Shown here one piece after another: positions 1-9,747 of a DNA stretch of 64,000 nucleotides (position 1 is its first letter; each line of letters begins with the position of its first letter). The notes under the pieces were generated by a model that was given only the letters and a program-made list of their open reading frames with translations, did no database searches and was not told where the DNA came from. The stretch is taken from positions 832,001 through 896,000 of the forward strand of contig CBDBOV010000006.1 of assembly GCA_965208575.1 (NCBI GenBank). Reading direction: 5' to 3'. The translations under genes were made by a program, and so were the position numbers. This stretch comes from Spirochaetia bacterium (lineage in GTDB: Bacteria; Spirochaetota; Spirochaetia; SZUA-6; Bin103).

Positions 1-837
1 GACGCGCAGGCGGGCATGGGCATCGCCGCCGCCGACGTCGACCTGAACGGCACCTGGGACCTGTACATCACCGACCTGCTGGACGCCACCACGCTGGAGC
101 GTCCCCCGGGCGGCAACGTGCTGTACCTGGGCGACGCGTCGGGGGCCTGGGCCGACAACAAGGCGGCCGGCGCCGGCGTGGCGGGCACCGATTCGTGGGG
201 CATCAACTTCCTGGACGCCGACCACGACGGCTGGGAGGACCTTTACGTCGCCACCATGGTGCACCTCAACGACGAGTTGCTGTACGCAAACAATCGCAAC
301 GGCACCTTCACCAACGTGGCGGCGCAGGCCGGCTACGACGGCTACGACACCGGCGCCAGCCGCGGCAGCGCGGTGGCCGACTACGACGGCGACGGCGACC
401 TCGACATCGCGGTCGTCAACCAGCATGAGCCGCACTGCGCGGAGGGTCCTCCCCCATCCTGCTCGCTGCAACTGCTGCGCAACGACACGGCGACCGCGGG
501 CAACTGGCTCAAGCTGCGCCTGACCGGCACCGCCAGCAACCGCAGCGCCATCGGCGCCCTGGTGCGGGTACAGGCTGGGCCGCTCCGGCTGATGCGACAG
601 GTCACCGGCGGCTCCAGCGGCCACTCCCAGAACAGCCTGGTGGTGCACTTCGGCCTCGGCCGGGCGGAGGTGGTCGACCGGGTGGAGATCCTGTGGCCGT
701 CCGGGGCGCGCACGAACTGGAGCGCGCAGCCGTCCGATACGCTGATCGACGTGGTCGAGGGCCGGGCGTGCGCGGACGGGCAGCGCGCCGAGTGCGTGGA
801 AACGGCTCCAGGTATCGAGGACCGCCAACCAAGCTAA
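1..837 (+). CDS. FG-GAP repeat / ASPIC-UnbV (CRTAC1-like) protein, 5' end probably outside the window
   Basis: Repeated DxDxDG loops ([21 protein letters not shown]) and the C-terminal ASPIC signature NRSAIGALV...VHFGLG...VEILWPSG; the frame is open from base 1. Confidence 0.85.
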   Translation, partial: DAQAGMGIAAADVDLNGTWDLYITDLLDATTLERPPGGNVLYLGDASGAWADNKAAGAGVAGTDSWGINFLDADHDGWEDLYVATMVHLNDELLYANNRNGTFTNVAAQAGYDGYDTGASRGSAVADYDGDGDLDIAVVNQHEPHCAEGPPPSCSLQLLRNDTATAGNWLKLRLTGTASNRSAIGALVRVQAGPLRLMRQVTGGSSGHSQNSLVVHFGLGRAEVVDRVEILWPSGARTNWSAQPSDTLIDVVEGRACADGQRAECVETAPGIEDRQPS

Positions 838-2129
838 AAGGTGAGGTTGACCGGCGGGCAGGAGGGATCGGTCACCGCGCACTGGCCGAGTTGGCCGTGG
901 TCGTTGCTGCCCCAGCCCCACAGGGTGCCGTCGGTCTTCAGCGCCACGGTGCCGTGGCCGGCGGCGGCGACCGCGTGCCAGTCGTCGTCCCAGGTCCAGC
1001 TCCACAGGTCCCGGAACCGCTTCACCCGATCCGGCGTGAGCCGGCGCCGGACCGTCCACCGCTGCCCGAGCTGGCCGCGGTTGTTCAGCCCCCACGCCCA
1101 CAGGGTGCCGTCGCTGCGCAGCCCCACGGTGTGCGCCTCGCCGGCCGCCACCGCTCGCCAGTCCGAACCGGATCGCACCCGTACCGGCTCGGGGCGGTCG
1201 GTGGTGCTGCCGTCGCCGAGCTGGCCGGTGCCGTTTGCGCCCCAGGCCCACAGCGTACCGTCGGCACGCACGGCAACGGTGTGGGCCTCGCCGGCCGCCA
1301 CCGCGCTCCAGTCCGCCCGCGTTCCCACCTGCACCGGTTCGGGGCGGTCGGCGGTGCTGCCGTCGCCGAGCTGACCGCTCCAGTTGGCGCCCCAGGTCCA
1401 CAGCGTGCCGTCGGCACGCAGGGCAACGGAGTGGGCCTCACCGGCGGCCACCACGCGCCAGTCGGCGCGCGCACCCACCCGTACCGGGCTCGACCGGTTC
1501 TCCCACCCGCCGTCGCCGAGCTGACCGAGGTCGTTGCGCCCCCACGTCCACAGCGTGCCGTCACGGCGCACGGCGACGGTGTGCCCGAAGCCGGCGGCCG
1601 CGGCCCGCCACCTGCCGCCGCCGGCCACCTGCACCGGGCTCGATCGGTCGGTGGTGGTGGCGTCGCCGAGCTGGCCGGCGCCGTTGGAGCCCCACGCCCA
1701 CAGCGTGCCGTTGCTCCGCACCGCGACGGTGTGCACCGCTCCGGCGGCCACAGTTCGCCACCTGCTTCCCGCGCCCACCTGCACCGGACTGGCGCGGTCG
1801 GTAGTGGAACCGTCGCCGAGCTGGCCGGACGAGTTCCGGCCCCAGGCCCAAAGCGCGCCGTCGCTCTTCAGCACGAAGGTGTGCGAGGACGCCGCCGCGA
1901 CCGCGCTCACGGTCGTCGCGCAGACGCCTCCGAGGCCGAGCGCGCACCGCACCTGCAAGCAGCCCGCCAGGCTCGCAAGTGCCGGAACGGCCGCCACCGC
2001 CAGGAGCACCAGGCGCCCGGTCCCAAACCCGACGTGCCTAGACCAGGCCGTCCGAGACCGGGCGAAGAATGGCGGCGAACCGCGTCCGGCACTGGCTGCA
2101 ATAGTGCTGGCTGCAATAGTGCTGGACAT
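834..2129 (-). CDS. RCC1-repeat beta-propeller protein, probably secreted
   Basis: About 7 repeats of [31 protein letters not shown]; hydrophobic N-terminal segment; start codon uncertain. Confidence 0.9.
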   Translation of the reverse strand: MSSTIAASTIAASAGRGSPPFFARSRTAWSRHVGFGTGRLVLLAVAAVPALASLAGCLQVRCALGLGGVCATTVSAVAAASSHTFVLKSDGALWAWGRNSSGQLGDGSTTDRASPVQVGAGSRWRTVAAGAVHTVAVRSNGTLWAWGSNGAGQLGDATTTDRSSPVQVAGGGRWRAAAAGFGHTVAVRRDGTLWTWGRNDLGQLGDGGWENRSSPVRVGARADWRVVAAGEAHSVALRADGTLWTWGANWSGQLGDGSTADRPEPVQVGTRADWSAVAAGEAHTVAVRADGTLWAWGANGTGQLGDGSTTDRPEPVRVRSGSDWRAVAAGEAHTVGLRSDGTLWAWGLNNRGQLGQRWTVRRRLTPDRVKRFRDLWSWTWDDDWHAVAAAGHGTVALKTDGTLWGWGSNDHGQLGQCAVTDPSCPPVNLTF

Positions 2130-2242
2130 CCGGTTCGGCCTACCCGTTCACAAGGTGCAAGTCAAGAGGCCGCGGGTGCCAGGGGGTGCCAAGGACCGCG
2201 TGAGCGGCCCTGCCGGTCCCGGGTACGTTACGGTGGCGGAGG

Positions 2243-3829
2243 TTAACGGTAGTCGCCGACCTCGTTCAGGAAGCGGCTGTGCGCCGCGTGGTGCAGCTCG
2301 ACGTAGCGGTCGATGCCCATGTTCTTCATCTGCTGTACGTAGCCGTCCCACTCCTTGTCGATATCGCCGGCGCCGGTGATCCAGCGCGCCTGGTTGGTCT
2401 TCCAGAGCTTCTCGATGTCGGTGCGCAGGGTGTTGACCTCGGTCTGCTCGTCGGAGGCGAACTCCGCGCGCACCCACTGTTCCTTGGCCTTGAAGCGCAC
2501 GTAGTGCTCGTAGTACTGGTCGAACAGGAACTGGGTGGCCGTATCCATGGCCAGATTGGGCCCGAAGTCCTCCTCGCGGAAGATGCTCGGGAAGGTACCG
2601 GCGGTGGCAATCTGCGCGCGCCGCTCGGGATCGATCGGCTGCGGCACCCACACGCCGTTCTCCTGCGCGATGCCCTCGGGCGCGAACCCGAACTGCGCCT
2701 GCACGCTGTTCTCGAGCGTGTAGAAGCGGTCCACGAACGCCATGGTGTGCTCGGGATAGGGGTTGACGTCGGTCATGAACCACACGTTCTTGATCGCCAG
2801 CCGGCCCGGATGCACCCACATCTCCGGCTCGTAGCCGGGTGCGCGCAGCGGCGGGATCGACTCGAACTCGCCGCGGTTGGCGGTGGCATCGTTGACCGGG
2901 GTGAACCCGCGGCGGGCGATCACGAAGCCGTAGATGTTGCCGGACGGGTCATCCACCTTGGCGTTGAAGTCGTTGGAGTTCATGGTGAAGCTCTCCGGGT
3001 CGATCAGCCCCTCGCTGTACAGGTCGGCCATGTAGGTGATCAGGTCGCGGTAGCCCTGCGTGATCGGTGCGAAGTAGGCCTGGCCGTCGCGGATCGCGAT
3101 GCCGTTCTTGGTCGGCATGCCCCAGATTCCGTACATCGAGCGCAGGTGCTGGGCGAAGCCGTCGTTGACCACGAACGCGAACGGAATCTCGTCCGCCTTT
3201 CCGTTGCCGTTGGGGTCGCCGTCCCGGAACGCGATCAGCACGTCGCGCAGCTCGCCGGTGGTGGTCGGCGCTTCCAGGCCCAGGGCATCGAGCCAGCGCC
3301 GGTTGATCATGTAGTTCTGTTCCAGGTAGTTGGACTCCAGAAAGTGGAACCGCGCCAGCGCCTGCATCTGGCCCTGCGGGTTGAGCATGTAGGCCAGCGC
3401 CTCCGGCTTCTCGGCAAAGATGCGATCCAGGTTCGGGGTGTAGCCCTTGCCGAGGTGCGGACGCAGGTCGGCCACCACGCCGTTCTGCAGCATCCCGGCG
3501 ATCAGGTTCTTGTGCCCGCCGGCGACGCCGAACATCATGTCCGGGGAGTTGTCGGACGCGAACACGATCGGCATTTGCTCGGCGCCCATCCACACCCACT
3601 CCAGGTTCACGCCGGTGGGCGCGCCCCAACTCTGCACCCACGGGTTGTCGGTGGGATCGTGGCTCCAGGTATGGCCGGCCAGCATCGAAATGGCAGGCTC
3701 GACCGGAAAAATGCCCGCAGCCGTCGGTTCGTCCGCCGAGGCTCCACGCTCGGCGGAACCCCAAGCGAACAGCGCCGCCGGCGCCGCCAGAAACGCCGCG
3801 GCACAGACCGCGTTCAGGAGATTCGTCAT
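2243..3829 (-). CDS. Carbohydrate-type ABC extracellular solute-binding protein (copy B)
   Basis: MTNLLNAVCAAAFLAAPAALFAWG signal peptide; motif INRRWLDALGLEAPTT...FRDGDPNGNGKADEIP; ATG overlaps the upstream TGA (TGATG). Confidence 0.9.
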   Translation of the reverse strand: MTNLLNAVCAAAFLAAPAALFAWGSAERGASADEPTAAGIFPVEPAISMLAGHTWSHDPTDNPWVQSWGAPTGVNLEWVWMGAEQMPIVFASDNSPDMMFGVAGGHKNLIAGMLQNGVVADLRPHLGKGYTPNLDRIFAEKPEALAYMLNPQGQMQALARFHFLESNYLEQNYMINRRWLDALGLEAPTTTGELRDVLIAFRDGDPNGNGKADEIPFAFVVNDGFAQHLRSMYGIWGMPTKNGIAIRDGQAYFAPITQGYRDLITYMADLYSEGLIDPESFTMNSNDFNAKVDDPSGNIYGFVIARRGFTPVNDATANRGEFESIPPLRAPGYEPEMWVHPGRLAIKNVWFMTDVNPYPEHTMAFVDRFYTLENSVQAQFGFAPEGIAQENGVWVPQPIDPERRAQIATAGTFPSIFREEDFGPNLAMDTATQFLFDQYYEHYVRFKAKEQWVRAEFASDEQTEVNTLRTDIEKLWKTNQARWITGAGDIDKEWDGYVQQMKNMGIDRYVELHHAAHSRFLNEVGDYR

Positions 3830-4680
3830 CAGTAGCTTCCCTGCGGCACGCCGGCCCAGCGCCGCTCCCATTCGGCGTAGCGGACGACCGCCGCCGGATC
3901 GCGCGGACTGCGGGCGACGAAGCCCTTGTCGCGGCCCGACTCGGTGGCATGGTCGGTGGCCTCGTAGCGGACGTCGAGCGACCAGCGCACCGCGTCGGAG
4001 TGGTTGGACAGCGCGCGATGCGGGGTCTTCTCGGTAAAGCACAGCAGGTCGCCCGGTTGCATCTCGACGGACACGCCGTTCAGGGCCTGGCGGTCCTGCG
4101 GCGAGAGCCCGAGGAAGCCGGTCTCCTCGTCGTGGTGGCCGGCGAACAACGGACCGCGGTGCATGCGCGGCGCCACCTGCAGGCAACTGTTGAGCTCACC
4201 GACCGCCTGCAGCGGGTACCACAGCGAGAGCACGTGGCCGTCCGCGGCGTCCGGGTAGTACTGGGCGTCCTGGTGCCACGGGGTGCGGGTCCAGGCCTGG
4301 TCGGGCAGCTTGGGCCGGGCGTTGAAGATGCCGTGCACGGAAACCTCCGGCGTGCCGAGCAGGCCCTCGGCCACGTCCAGGAGCGCCGGGTGCACCAGGA
4401 TGCGGTACATCTCCGGGCTCACCAGGTCGCGCCGCGGGCTGCGGCTGTACTTGGGCCGGCCGGCATCGTGCCACACCTGCACCAGGCGGTGCCCGAAGTC
4501 GAGATCCTTGCGCGGATCCGCGATGCGTCCTTCGCCGAGCCACTGCTCGATCGTCTCGTCGGCCCAGCGCCCGAGAACGTGCCCGGTAAGGCGCAGGAGG
4601 TCGCGCGGCAACACCCCGCGCAGGTGCAGGTAGCCTTCGCGGCGATAGAGATCTCTTTGCTGCGTGGTAACGGTCAGCAG
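3829..4680 (-). CDS. Phytanoyl-CoA dioxygenase (PhyH) family Fe(II)/2OG dioxygenase
   Basis: YRREGYLHL start, WHQD motif, distal H in TPHRA, RWSLDVRY; start approximate (GGGGG RBS then CTG). Confidence 0.85.
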   Translation of the reverse strand: MLTVTTQQRDLYRREGYLHLRGVLPRDLLRLTGHVLGRWADETIEQWLGEGRIADPRKDLDFGHRLVQVWHDAGRPKYSRSPRRDLVSPEMYRILVHPALLDVAEGLLGTPEVSVHGIFNARPKLPDQAWTRTPWHQDAQYYPDAADGHVLSLWYPLQAVGELNSCLQVAPRMHRGPLFAGHHDEETGFLGLSPQDRQALNGVSVEMQPGDLLCFTEKTPHRALSNHSDAVRWSLDVRYEATDHATESGRDKGFVARSPRDPAAVVRYAEWERRWAGVPQGSY

Positions 4681-4772
4681 GGTCGCCCCCGGATCAATGG
4701 ATGGGATGGGCCGGCAGACTGCGCACGCAGCCCGCCGGCCATCCCGGGGTTCGAAAGACGGTTCTGAACGAT

Positions 4773-6362
4773 CTAACGGTAGTCGCCGACCTCGTTCAGG
4801 AAGCGGCTGTGCGCCGCGTGGTGCAACTCGACGTAGCGGTCGATGCCCATGTTCTTCATCTGCTTCACGTAGTCGTCCCACTCCCGGTCGATGTCGCCGG
4901 CGCCGGTGATCCAGCGCGCCTGGTTGGTCTTCCAGAGCTTTTCGATATCGGTGCGCAGGGTGTTGACCTCGGTCTGCTCGTCGGAGGCGAACTCGGCGCG
5001 CACCCACTGTTCCTTCGCCTTGTACTGCACGTAGTGATCGTAATACTGGTCATACAGGAACTGGGTGGCCGTATCCATGGCGATGTTGGGACCGAAATCC
5101 TCCTCGCGGAAGATGCTCGGGAACGTCCCCTGAGTGGCGATCTGTGCGCGGCGTTCGGGATCGATCGGCTGCGGAACCCACACGCCGCCCTCCTGCGCCA
5201 CGCCTTCCGGTGCGAACCCGTACTGCGCCTGCACGCTGTTCTCGAGCGTGTAGAAGCGGTCCACGAACGCCATGGTGTGCTGGGGATAGGGGTTGACGTC
5301 GGTCATGAACCACACGTTCTTGATCGCCAGCCGGCCCGGATGCACCCACATCTCCGGCTCGTAGCCGGGCGCGCGCAGCGGCGGAATCGACTCGAACTCG
5401 CCGCGGTTGGCGGTGGCGTCGTTGACCGGCGTGAAGCCGCGCCGCGCGACCACGAAGCCGTAGATGTTGCCGGACGGATCGTCCACCTTGGCGTTGAAGT
5501 CGTTCGAGTTCATGGTGAAGCTCTCCGGGTCGATCAGCCCCTCGCTGTACAGGTCGGCCATGTAGGTAATCAGGTCGCGGTAGCCCTGCGTGATCGGTGC
5601 GAAGTAGGCCTGGCCGTCGCGGATCGCGATGCCGTTCTTGGTCGGCATGCCCCAGATGCCGTACATTGAGCGCAGGTGCTGGGCGAACCCGTCGTTGACC
5701 ACGAACGCGAACGGAATCTCGTCCGCCTTGCCGTTGCCGTTGGGGTCGCCGTCGCGGAACGCGATCAGCACGTCGCGCAGCTCGCCGGTGGTGGTCGGCG
5801 CGTCCAGGCCCAGCGCGTCGAGCCAGCGCCGGTTGATCATGTAGTTCTGCTCCAGGTAGTTGGACTCCAGGAACAGGAACCGCGCCAACGCCTGCATCTG
5901 ACCCTGCGGGTTCATCATGTAGGCCAGCGCCTCCGGCTTCTCGGCGAAGATCCGGTCCAGGTTCGGCGTGTAGCCCTTGCCGAGGTGCTGGCGAAGGTCG
6001 GTTACCACGCCCTCCTGCAGCAACTGCGCGATCAGGTTCTTGTGCAGGCCGGTGACGCCGAACATCATCGCCGGGTAGTCGTCCGACGCGAACACGATCG
6101 ACATCTTCTCGGTGCTGTCCATCAGCACCCACTCCAGGTTGACGCCGGTCGGTGCGGCCCAGCTCTGGATCCAGGGGTTGTCCTCCGGATCATGCGTCCA
6201 GGTATGGCCGGCCACCATGGTGATGGCTGGCTCGACCGGGAATATGCCGGGCGCGGTCAGCTCGTCCGCCGAGGCGGCCTCCTCGCCGGCCGCCGCCGCG
6301 AACAGGGCCGCCGGGGTTGCCAGCAGCGCCGCGGCGCAGATAAATGTGAATGCTTTTCTCAT
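4773..6362 (-). CDS. Carbohydrate-type ABC extracellular solute-binding protein (copy A)
   Basis: AAGGAGG RBS before ATG 6362; signal peptide MRKAFTFICAAALLATPAALFAAAAGEE; near-identical to copy B over the C-terminal part. Confidence 0.92.
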   Translation of the reverse strand: MRKAFTFICAAALLATPAALFAAAAGEEAASADELTAPGIFPVEPAITMVAGHTWTHDPEDNPWIQSWAAPTGVNLEWVLMDSTEKMSIVFASDDYPAMMFGVTGLHKNLIAQLLQEGVVTDLRQHLGKGYTPNLDRIFAEKPEALAYMMNPQGQMQALARFLFLESNYLEQNYMINRRWLDALGLDAPTTTGELRDVLIAFRDGDPNGNGKADEIPFAFVVNDGFAQHLRSMYGIWGMPTKNGIAIRDGQAYFAPITQGYRDLITYMADLYSEGLIDPESFTMNSNDFNAKVDDPSGNIYGFVVARRGFTPVNDATANRGEFESIPPLRAPGYEPEMWVHPGRLAIKNVWFMTDVNPYPQHTMAFVDRFYTLENSVQAQYGFAPEGVAQEGGVWVPQPIDPERRAQIATQGTFPSIFREEDFGPNIAMDTATQFLYDQYYDHYVQYKAKEQWVRAEFASDEQTEVNTLRTDIEKLWKTNQARWITGAGDIDREWDDYVKQMKNMGIDRYVELHHAAHSRFLNEVGDYR

Positions 6363-6441
6363 TGCATCCTCCTTGTGGTGATATGTCCCGCGCAGGCGGG
6401 ACCCGTTGCCGTTACGGCTCAATACGGCTTGCGGAACAGGG

Positions 6442-7344
6442 TTATCCCTTTATGGAACCCACCATGATGCCCTTGACGAAATGGCGTTGAATGAAGGGGT
6501 AGAGGATCATCAGCGGGGCAATGGCTACCACTATCGTACCATAGCGCAGCAGATCCGCCAAAACCTGGCGGCGCTGGATCTCCTCGGGCGAAAGCGCCTC
6601 CAGGCCCTCGCCGCCGCCTGACAGGAGCTGGTTGAGAATGAGCATGCGCCGCAACACGAGCTGCAGCGGGTACTTGGCCTGGTCGTTGATGAACAGCAGG
6701 GCGTGGAAGAACGCATTCCAGTTCTGCACCACGTTGAACAGCACCACGATGGCGATGATCGCCTGCCCCACCGGCAGCACGATGCTGATGAAGAAGCGCG
6801 TGTTGGTGCAGCCGTCGAGCTGCGCCGACTCCAGCAGCTCGTCGGGGATGTTGGACTGGAAGAAGGTGCGCGCCACGATCAGGTTGAACACGTTGACGGC
6901 GTTGGGCAGCATCAGCGACCAGATCGAGTCCTTCAGGCCGAGCTTGAGCACGACCACGTAGAACGGAATGATGCCGCCGGTAAAGTACAGGGTGAACACG
7001 AAGTAGAACATGATCAGCCCGCGCCAGCGCATGTCGCGGCGCGACAGCGCGTAGGCGGCGGGAATGGTGAGCACCAGCGACACGACGGTCTGGCCGACCG
7101 CGTAGACGAGCGAGTTGCGGTAGCCGATCATGATGCGCTTGTCGCGCAGGATGTAGGAATAGCCTTCCACGTTGAAGCCCTCCGGCCACAGGTAGACGTG
7201 GCCGGCGGACACCAGGGTCGGCGAGCTGACCGACGCGATCACCACGAAGTAGACCGGATACAGGGTGGCCACCAGGATCACCGCGAGCATGGCCACGTTG
7301 ACGCGGTCGAACAGCCGGTCGGCGCGGCTGCGGAAATCTACCAA
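6442..7344 (-). CDS. Carbohydrate ABC transporter permease
   Basis: EAA-type loop (FFQSNIPDELLESAQLDGC), WNAFF, YPFIQRHFVKGIMVGSIKG tail; start approximate. Confidence 0.9.
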   Translation of the reverse strand: MVDFRSRADRLFDRVNVAMLAVILVATLYPVYFVVIASVSSPTLVSAGHVYLWPEGFNVEGYSYILRDKRIMIGYRNSLVYAVGQTVVSLVLTIPAAYALSRRDMRWRGLIMFYFVFTLYFTGGIIPFYVVVLKLGLKDSIWSLMLPNAVNVFNLIVARTFFQSNIPDELLESAQLDGCTNTRFFISIVLPVGQAIIAIVVLFNVVQNWNAFFHALLFINDQAKYPLQLVLRRMLILNQLLSGGGEGLEALSPEEIQRRQVLADLLRYGTIVVAIAPLMILYPFIQRHFVKGIMVGSIKG

Positions 7345-7351
7345 CGCGGCG

Positions 7352-8326
7352 CTACCACAGCGAGGCCTGGCCGACGCGGCGCGCAAGCCGGTTGGCCAGC
7401 ACCAGGATCGCGAAGTTGACCACGGTTTCCAGCAGGCCCACCGCGGTGGCGTAGTCGTACTGCGACTGCAGGATGCCGGAGCGGTAGGTGTAGGTGGCCA
7501 CCACCTCCAGGGTGGAGAGGTTGAGGTCGTTCTGCATCAGCAGCACCTTCTCGAAACCGATGGTCAGGAGCTGGCCGAGGCGCATGATGAACAGGATCAC
7601 GATGGTGGGCATGATCCACGGGATGTCGACGTGCCAGATGATCTGCGGCTTGTTGGCGCCGTCGCAGAATGCCGCCTCGCGCAACGACGGATCGACCGCG
7701 CTCAGGGCGGCCAGGAAGATGATCGCGTTGAAACCGGCGTTCTGCCACAGCTCCGACAGCACGAACAGCGACGGCCCCCAGGCCGGGCTGGCCATGAAGA
7801 AGATCGCCTCCCCGCCGAGCAACCGGATGATCGAGTTGACCACGCCGATGCGCGGGCTCAGGAAGAAGTACATGATGCTGACCACCACCACCGTCGAGAT
7901 GAAGTGCGGGGCGTAGGTGACCATCTGCACGCTCTTCTTGAAGAAGCGGCTGCGCGCCTCGTTGATCATCAGCGCCAGCGCCAGCGGGATCGGCCAGGTG
8001 GCGAGGCTGTACAGCGAGATGACGATGGTGTTGCGGATGACCGGGATGAAGTAGGCGGAGTTGAAGAAGCGGATGAAGTGGGCGAACTCGTTCCACTCCG
8101 GCGCCGAGCGCCCGGTGCGCAGCGAGAAGCCGTCGGTGAACGCGATGCGCAGCCCGTAGATCGGCAGGTAGCGGAACAGCAGCACGTGGATGATGGCCGG
8201 CAGCACGAATGCGTACAACTCCCACGAGCGCAGCAGGTAGCGCACCGTCTCGTGAATCCGCTCAGCCGCCGACCGGCGGTGCAGTTCTCCCGCCACCCCG
8301 GTTGTGTCAGTCCTGTCCTTGGCCAT
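7352..8326 (-). CDS. Carbohydrate ABC transporter permease (LplB-like)
   Basis: YAPHFISTVVV, EAAFCDGA loop, IGFEKVLLMQN. Confidence 0.9.
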   Translation of the reverse strand: MAKDRTDTTGVAGELHRRSAAERIHETVRYLLRSWELYAFVLPAIIHVLLFRYLPIYGLRIAFTDGFSLRTGRSAPEWNEFAHFIRFFNSAYFIPVIRNTIVISLYSLATWPIPLALALMINEARSRFFKKSVQMVTYAPHFISTVVVVSIMYFFLSPRIGVVNSIIRLLGGEAIFFMASPAWGPSLFVLSELWQNAGFNAIIFLAALSAVDPSLREAAFCDGANKPQIIWHVDIPWIMPTIVILFIMRLGQLLTIGFEKVLLMQNDLNLSTLEVVATYTYRSGILQSQYDYATAVGLLETVVNFAILVLANRLARRVGQASLW

Positions 8327-8391
8327 GGTCGTATTGAGTGACGCGCCACCTTACCGGCGACCGCCGTGACTCGCAAGGCAGTTGCGCCGCC

Positions 8392-8520
8392 ATCGAGTAG
8401 TGCCACTTCACCACGATCGACTCGTTTCGCGTGGTCCGATGCCTTCATCGTCAACGTCCGCCGCGGCGCCGACCAGGGCCTGGCAGGCGCCGAGCGCCGA
8501 CGCCGGCAACAGCCTGGCGG
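8392..8520 (+). pseudogene. Decayed internal fragment of a PhyH-like gene (paralogous to 17457-18329)
   Basis: atcgagtagtgccacttcaccacgatcgac...tggtccgatgccttcatcgtcaac aligns to 17742-17830 (IESRHFTTIDAFEWSDAFIVNFRRGADQ) with a TAG and frameshifts. Confidence 0.75.
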
Positions 8521-8584
8521 ACATTCTCGCCCCGCGAACCGCGCCGCCGGAGGTGCATGATCTTCCCAAGCGTCTCGCACCCGC

Positions 8585-8770
8585 ATGACAGTGGTGTACT
8601 ACGCGGTAGAGGGCGACACGGATGTGCCCGTCGCTGAGCACCTGATTCGACTGGTCGGGCTTTACCCCCGCGCCACGCGGGTGGCTGGGGGCAAGTCCCA
8701 ACTTGACGCACGGATTCCGGCTCTCAATCGGTCCGGTGTTGCGCTCAACTGGTTGATCCTGCGGGATCCA
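8585..8770 (+). pseudogene. N-terminal remnant of a TOPRIM-like / DUF4276-type protein
   Basis: MTVVYYAVEGDTD...GGKSQLDARIPALN...WLILRD, then similarity is lost just where a DxD would follow. Confidence 0.6.
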
Positions 8771-8800
8771 CCGCCGGCACGACCGCCGAGACGGCGCGCC

Positions 8801-9652
8801 TCAGTAGGGTGGCGCCTCAAACGCGGGGGCGACTTCGCCGCGCAGCAGCCGCGCCGCGTACTCCCACTCGAACGGCGACTCCAGGAAGCGCCGGCGGCCG
8901 TTGCGCACGTCGAAGCCGATGCCGGCCGCCTGCGGGAAGTGGCTGTAGATCATCAGCCGCCGCGGCCGGCCGGAGTCGTTGACGCGGGAGTTGTGCACCA
9001 GCAGCGCGTGGAACAGCATCACCGACCCCGCCGGAGCGAGGATGTCCTGGCCGCCCTGCAGGTCGATCAGGTCGGCGCGCACCTGCAAGTCGCCGTTCGG
9101 CAGCCGCTCGTGCTCCAGGTGAGTGCGGTGGCTGCCGGACCACACCCGCAATGGGCCCGACTCCGGCGTGCAGTCGTCCATCGTCACCGCGGACGAGACG
9201 ATGCTCTGCGGATAGTCCTGCGCCTTGTAGTAGGCCCAGTCACTGTGTACGGGGAAGCGCGTGTCGGCGCGTGCCGGCCGCAGGTCGGGCAGCGGCTCGG
9301 CGAGCGGCTGCTTGTAGTTGAGCTTCTCTTCCATCAGCACCGGCTCGTCGCCCATGAGCTGGCGCATCGGTCCGAGCAGGCGCTCGTCCGCGGCCACCTC
9401 GCTCAGGTAGAGGGACAGGTCGTTGATCGGCTGGATCTTGCGCACCATCTGGCGGCCCGCCTCGTCCTGCGTCAGGTCGAGTCGCCCACTGGTGCGGTCC
9501 AGGGCAAGCGACGAGTTGATCACCAGCTCCAGGATGCGATCCGCCTCGCCGCGCATGCGCGCCACTTCCGCCGCCTCGAACGCCGCGGAAAGCACCAGGT
9601 AGCCCTGCTGTGCGAACTGCGCGAGCTGCCCCGCATCGAGTAGTTTCGACAT
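8801..9652 (-). CDS. PhyH family dioxygenase
   Basis: FAQQGYLVL, EKLNYK, VHSD, GSH, LLVHNS...RRLMI. Confidence 0.9.
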   Translation of the reverse strand: MSKLLDAGQLAQFAQQGYLVLSAAFEAAEVARMRGEADRILELVINSSLALDRTSGRLDLTQDEAGRQMVRKIQPINDLSLYLSEVAADERLLGPMRQLMGDEPVLMEEKLNYKQPLAEPLPDLRPARADTRFPVHSDWAYYKAQDYPQSIVSSAVTMDDCTPESGPLRVWSGSHRTHLEHERLPNGDLQVRADLIDLQGGQDILAPAGSVMLFHALLVHNSRVNDSGRPRRLMIYSHFPQAAGIGFDVRNGRRRFLESPFEWEYAARLLRGEVAPAFEAPPY

Positions 9653-9712
9653 GTGCCCACCATAGCGCGCCGGATACGGCCGCGCATATCGCCGCGTGCC
9701 CGGCCAGCAATC

Positions 9713-9741
9713 TTGAAAAACAGGAATGCCATTGCTATTTT
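9713..9741 (+). promoter_or_regulatory. Sigma70-type promoter, probably giving a leaderless transcript
   Basis: TTGAAA-17 bp-TATTTT with an extended TGn, 6 nt before ATG 9748. Confidence 0.5.
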
Positions 9742-9747
9742 TCGAGG

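Noticed and set aside
693-2246. 517-aa plus-strand ORF
   Set aside because: Antisense shadow of the RCC1 gene; its repeats mirror the real protein
3830-4186. N-terminal extension of the 647-aa ORF
   Set aside because: Overlaps the PhyH gene in another frame; the signal peptide starts at ATG 3829
8585-9643. 352-aa ORF as a full gene
   Set aside because: Only the first ~60 aa look real; the rest is antisense to PhyH
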